39,811 bases of DNA from Streblomastix strix. Taxonomy: Eukaryota. Position 1 is the first letter of the stretch. Each line of letters opens with the position of its first letter. Below the pieces are notes generated by a model. The model made no database searches, was not told where the DNA came from, and saw only the letters and a list, made by a program, of their open reading frames with translations. A program made the translations under genes and the position numbers. Where the stretch lies: positions 1 to 39,811 of the forward strand of contig SNRW01000026.1 in NCBI GenBank assembly GCA_008636045.1, written 5' to 3'. Below, piece after piece: positions 34,358 to 39,811 of this stretch.

Positions 34358-35929
34358 AACTCTGATTCAAAATTAATAGCAAAATTTTTTTTTTATATTA
34401 TTTTTATTATAATCATTCATTTGTTTATATTTAGAATATACTATATATATTTTATATATATATATATATATATGTATTTATTAAACCGTATATACAATAA
34501 TCAACATTAATTTATCATAGCATGTTTTTTTTATTATATTATTTTTAATTATATATATAAATAAGTCAAAAAAAATTTATTTTAAAATTTTGAATATTTT
34601 CTAAACTTTTTTTTCTATCGGATTGTTACAATTTTGCAACATATTGAATATATTTTATTTATATTTTTTGATATATAGGGTCAATGGTTAGAGGGGTTGC
34701 ATTGTCCATGGCTGAGAAACGGGAAATTAAAAAATTAAAGGAAGAAAATCATTTAAGTCCAGCAGAAATTATTATAGAAGTGCATAGATATTATGAAACT
34801 GTGAGAAAACTGTGTTTACATGAAGAGATGCTCTCTGAACCAAAAAGGCGAGGAAGGAAGGCAAAGTTGAATCTCTGCGCGCAATTTAACAACTGTGACC
34901 AGTCTTGACTGCTCCCCATCAACGACACTCAGAACTATGAAAGGAATGAATATGAGAAAGAAGAGGTTAAGACGTAGGCCACAGTTAACTAAATGACACA
35001 TCGAAGCTAGAATCATTTTTGCTGAAGAATATCTAACTAAAGAACCAGAAGATTTGGAACCTATACTCTTTTCAAATTAGAAAAAATTTCGGTTCGATGG
35101 ACCAGATGGAAGGGCCTACTACTGGATTCAGCTTGGAGATGAGAAAGATGAAGTCATTTATTCGAAGGATTACGGGAAGTTTAAGGGAATGATGGTAAAT
35201 GCAACAATCAGCAAGGAATGCCAACTTACAGTTGATCGCATGTATGGCAAAGTGAACGCTGAATCTTGGAGTGGTCTATTGCTATCTGAAGTCATCCCAT
35301 CAATTCATGCTATTCATGGAACAAATTTCGTATATCAAATGGATAACGCCTCGGTACATAAAAAGAAGGATATTATTGAGTATCTTAAGGCATATGGATT
35401 TTCATTCTTGAATTGGCCAGCTCTTTCGCCGGATCTGAATCTGGTTTAAAACTTCTGGGTTTTACTAGTGAGGCGCGTTTACGCTGATGGGAAAAGTAAC
35501 ACCAATGAGGATGAACTATTGGTGGGGATCAAGTCTGCAGCAGCAAAAATTACGACTTTAGACATAAAATCATTCGTTGATTCTTTTTGTTGGCGCTTGT
35601 GTGCTGTTCTGAAACCAGGTAGAAAATAAGTTAAATGAGACACATCATTATTACATTAAGTATTAAATAAATACTAAACTTCTCTAACGCAAAAACGAAA
35701 ATACACAAAATTTTGACATAAAATTTTTTGATTTTTTTATATATATATTATTAAAAAATAATATAATAAAAAAAAGCATTGATAAATTAATGCTGATTAT
35801 TGAATATATGATTTATTAAATACATATATATATTTAATATATATATAGTACTTACTAAATTTAATTAGATGAATGATTATATTAAATAATATATAATAAA
35901 ATTTTTATCATTAATTTTGAATCAGAGTT
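34358..35929 (+). mobile_element. Tc1/mariner DNA transposon with ~250-bp imperfect TIRs and TA target duplication
   Basis: TA|AACTCTGATTCAAAATTAAT...ATTAATTTTGAATCAGAGTT|TA. Inverted similarity extends about 34358-34605 vs 35695-35929. Confidence 0.9.
34684..35638 (+). pseudogene. Tc1/Tc3-like DD34E transposase, inactivated
   Basis: N-terminal HTH and RRGRK linker, ILFSNQKKFRFDGPDG (from FSDEKKF), YQMDNASVH, WPALSPDLNLVQNFW (from SPDLNPIENLW). Frameshift or deletion near 34880 and in-frame TGA near 34994. Confidence 0.9.
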
Positions 35930-36563
35930 TAGAAACTGATGAATTTTAACTGAAATTACTTCGAGACTGAGAAAGGGGAAATATTTCAATGGATTGAACA
36001 AAATTTATTTGGAACAAAATTGAATTCGATTAATGAAAAATTTTATTTTATCGAAATTTAATTAAATTAAAAATTTAGAAAATGATATTAATGTTGTAAA
36101 TAATTATTGAATACTTTTCAATGATTTAATTTGTAAATAAAACGTAATATAAAAATATTTTCAAAAGTCTCCATTCCAGTCGCAAAAAGTTTTCAGAACT
36201 CTTTATCTATTATCATAATAATACATTTAACTACTTGAAATAATTAATAAATTTTATATGATTATTATTTATAGAATGAATTTGAATAAATACGCTTTGC
36301 TAAGCCAGGATCCTACAAAACATTTTCTAAATTCAATCTTTTCACACGTTAATATGTAAACGAAACAGATTATTATAATTCACACATAATGAATTCTTTT
36401 ATTAAATATTTAAAATTTTAAGTTTTAAAATTATCAATACACAAAGTTATACTTAATGCAAAAAAAAATTAATTTTCTATCCGTAAAATACATCAATTTG
36501 ATATATTATTTTTTGAACTTGTAAATTTTATTTTTTGTTGTATTTATTTTTTGTGTATTTTAG

Positions 36564-39500
36564 ATGATTTTTGTGCTTCTTTTTGCTGTGAATGCAGCGC
36601 TGTGCAATGATTTCATTCCACAGCCTACTGCCCGTCCATCAGAGCAAGAATCTGCCTTCAAAGGCAAGAATACTATCAATATTATTACAAATGCATTATT
36701 GACATAAAGTGCACTCACCCCACTCAAGCCCACAAACGATGAATGCAAATGGAATGTAGGAAAAATTATAACTGGTGATGATTCGAAACATAAAGTTCAA
36801 GACGTTCTTGATCTCAGTCCATGTGATGGTTATGAGATCACTCTGGTTGATTCTGAACACTTTGAATCAGTTCAAATCAATAAATCACAAGATTTCCCTG
36901 TTCTCATTAAAGTTTGAATATTTATAATTCTAAAAATTTATTTACTTATGATCATTTAATCTAATTTATTTAATCTAAATTGTTTATATTTATTTATTTA
37001 TAGGGTGGAGCAAAGAATTAAGAAGACATATAAATTCATACAGTTTGGGGAGTTAATTCTAATGAACCTCGCACAGTTACTCTGCTATAAGGAGATCTTA
37101 CAATACAAAACATTGAATTTATCTACTTTGAAAATACAGATGAAAAATAAGATGAATAAGATGGGGTAATTTGGCCATGGAATGCTATTATATATGCATA
37201 TGACCAATCTCTTTCTTTCAGAATACTGTCACTTGAATCATGCATATTCAAAGGACTTGGATCTAATTAATCTGTTAATAAGATGATTTATACATATAAT
37301 ATGAAGAAGTTGAGCATAACTTAATGCACATTCCAAGATGCTAATTTCAATGCTAATTATTCAATTTACTATTTCACTTCAAATAGAGATAATGAACTTA
37401 TTGTTGAGAATTCTACATTTGTAAACATTAGCTTTTCAAATTCTGAAAGAGGCAATATTTATATTGAAACTTAAGATTATAACTAAATAATTAACATAAA
37501 TGGAAACACTTTTGAGAATATCATGATGAATGAATCATATTATTCATCTACAGCAGCAATTTATATTTACTCATTTTCATATTTATAAGTTGAACCAAAC
37601 TAATACATCATCACAAATAATAAATTCATAAACAACACAGGATATTATGCAGGAGGAATTTATGGATATTTCTATTATGGTGGTATATTCAATTTCTCGT
37701 CCAATGAGTTCTCAAATAATAGCAAATTGTATTCTGGAAATGGAGCAAACGATGCATATTTGATGTGGTACAATTATCCGTAAGGCTGGAATATTGACAA
37801 TGTTAAGTATAAGATATTAAAGATATTTGAGAACTGCACACCTTCAAATGAAAAGAATGTATATTATGAATTCAGAGTTAATGGTGATTTTGAAATCTCT
37901 GGATATATTACATCTGGTGATGAAGAATAAGATCCTGATGATAATACAGAACCAGGAACTGAAGGATGTATTTGGAATGTGAATTAAACAGGAGATGGAA
38001 TAACTACTAAGAAAACAATTATGGGAGTTCTTGCGGGGATATGCAATGAAGATGAAGGATACAAAGTCACACTATTGAATGATATACATTATGAATCAGT
38101 GATAATCAATTAACCCGAGACTTCTCCTGTTCTCATTAAAGTTTGAATATTTACTATTCTTAAAATTATTAATTATTATTTATAAACAAATTTATTTATT
38201 TATTAATTTTCTATCTAATTTAATTTATTTTAATTAATTTATTTTAATTTAATTTATTTAATCTAATTTATTTAATCTAAATTATTTATATTTATTTGTA
38301 GGGTGGGGCGAAGGATGAAGAAGAAACATCAATTCGTACAATTTGGGGAGTTAATACATCAGCTGCTCGTACAGTTACTCTGTTACAAGGAAATCTTACT
38401 ATTCAAAACATTGAATTTATCTACATAGTTGATATATAAAGTGAGTAAATTATACCATGGAATGCTATTATATATGCATATGACCAATCTCTTTCTTTCA
38501 GAATACTGTCACTTGAATCATGCATATTCAAAGGACTTGGATCTAATTAATCTGTTAATAAGATGATTTATGCATATAATATGAAGAAGTTGAGCATAAC
38601 TTAATGCACATTCCAAGATGCAAATTTCAATGCTAATTATTCAATTTACTATTACACTTCAAATAGTGATCATGAACTTATTGTTGAGAATTCTACATTT
38701 GTAAACATTAGCTTTTCAAATTCTGGAAGAGGCAATATTTATATTGAAACTATTGATTATAACTAAAAAATTAACATAAATGGAAGCACTTTTGAGAATA
38801 TCATGATGAATGAATCATATTATTCATCTGCAGCAGCTATATATATTTACTCATTTTTATTTTCATATTCATAAGTTGAACCAAACTAATACATCATCAC
38901 AAATAATAAATTCATAAACAATACAGGATATTATGCAGGAGGAATTTATGGATATTTCTATTAAGGTGGCATATTCAATTTTTCGTCCAATGAATTTACT
39001 AGAAATCGTAATAGATAAGAAAATCGTTTGGGTAATGATACATATTTACAGTGGAATTATTATCCCAAAGATTGGACTATATATAACTACAGAAATAGGG
39101 TAATAGAAATGTTTGATAAATGCAATTCTACAAGTGATAAAAGTATCTATGCTGAATTCCGAGTTAATTATGATTTTGATGTCTCCAGATATATTTATAT
39201 GAATGATATAATATAAGAAGATTTTTCACTTCCTGAAAATAGTAAATAAGTAGAAGAGATAATTGAAGATGAAGTTTAATAGAACAAAATCAAAGATATA
39301 GTTGAAACTCAAAACAATTCATATATTGTTGTTCCAGTCGATGAAGTTTATGAAGAAGAAACTATTGAAGTCTCCGATGATTAATTATTCGTCCTTCAAC
39401 CAGATTCAACACCAGGAGAAGATAATAAACCAGTTATTTAACCATCTTCAGAATAAGAATAAGATAATCCTCTTATGATAATATCTGGAAATGGTAAAGT

Positions 39501-39811
39501 CCAGATTGATGGATTTGTTATTGCACATTCTAAAGATGAAGGAAAATAAGCTCTGATTGAAACGATTGGAGATGCTGTTCTTCGATTGATTGGTGTGACT
39601 CTTTCTCCAAACAAGCGAACAAAAGATGGGAATGGAACTCATATTAATCCAACAGGATAATCAAAAAGTTCACCTTTCTTGTTCGCAGCTGGGAAATAAG
39701 TAGTGATAATAAATGTGACAATGGAACCAACAAGCTTTTCAGGGTGCAGTGGAATTATTTTAGATGGAGAAAATGAAAATACCAATCATTCTCTTATTTT
39801 GGAAACATCAA
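36564..39811 (+). CDS. Secreted/surface protein with right-handed beta-helix (pectin-lyase-like) repeats, internally duplicated (partial, runs off the window)
   Basis: Signal peptide MIFVLLFAVNAALC, introns 36912-37003 and 38141-38301, repeated LESCIFKG / ITQCTFQD / VENSTFVN / ITNNKFINNTGYYAGGIY units. Open with TAR=Gln in the parts I translated. Confidence 0.8.
36895..39000 (+). repeat. Intragenic direct duplication (~1.25-kb period) including the intron
   Basis: CCTGTTCTCATTAAAGTTTGAATATTTA occurs at about 36897 and 38126. About 37175-37710 and 38455-38995 are nearly identical. Confidence 0.92.

Noticed and set aside
34440..34475. (TA)n microsatellite as an independent feature
   Set aside because: It is part of the Tc1 TIR and is mirrored at about 35820-35850.
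4119..39642. Most short standard-code ORFs in the supplied track (e.g. 4402-4779, 7983-8312, 10582-10806, 14362-14610, 26520-26777, 34247-34510)
   Set aside because: They are antisense or off-frame shadows of real TAR=Gln genes, or low-complexity AT-rich sequence.

Overview
This is a very AT-rich eukaryotic window that uses a non-canonical code: TAA and TAG read as Gln and only TGA is stop. The supplied standard-code ORF track therefore fragments or misses almost every gene. The code, the short AT-rich GT-AG introns and the gene families point to an oxymonad such as Streblomastix strix (inference). Intron-containing host genes occupy 1-~9.9 kb: a partial acidic protein, a conserved hypothetical, an ARM-like family protein, and a large multi-TM TmcB/TmcC-like protein ending in a hemerythrin-like domain across an assembly gap. 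A secreted beta-helix-type surface protein with an internal duplication occupies 36.56 kb to the window end. Between them (~10.2-34.3 kb) lies a nested cluster of at least three decayed Maverick/Polinton-type endogenous viruses. They carry a PrimPol-SF3 helicase, two rve integrases with an apparent DDD triad, a protein-primed PolB plus a PolB fragment, an A32-like packaging ATPase, a probable major capsid protein, KilA-N, an HNH nuclease and duplicated small genes. A ~2.5 kb insert with a tRNA-like Pol III cassette and an intron-bearing cellular-type gene interrupts the cluster, and a decayed Tc1/mariner with ~250-bp TIRs follows it. The most unusual structures are (i) a ~900-bp symmetric, iteron-rich, origin-like region right after the primase-helicase and (ii) two sequence-unrelated AGTAGT-starting termini, each with an inverted copy 200-400 bp inside and no TSD. 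All translations were done by eye, so boundaries of degraded genes are approximate.
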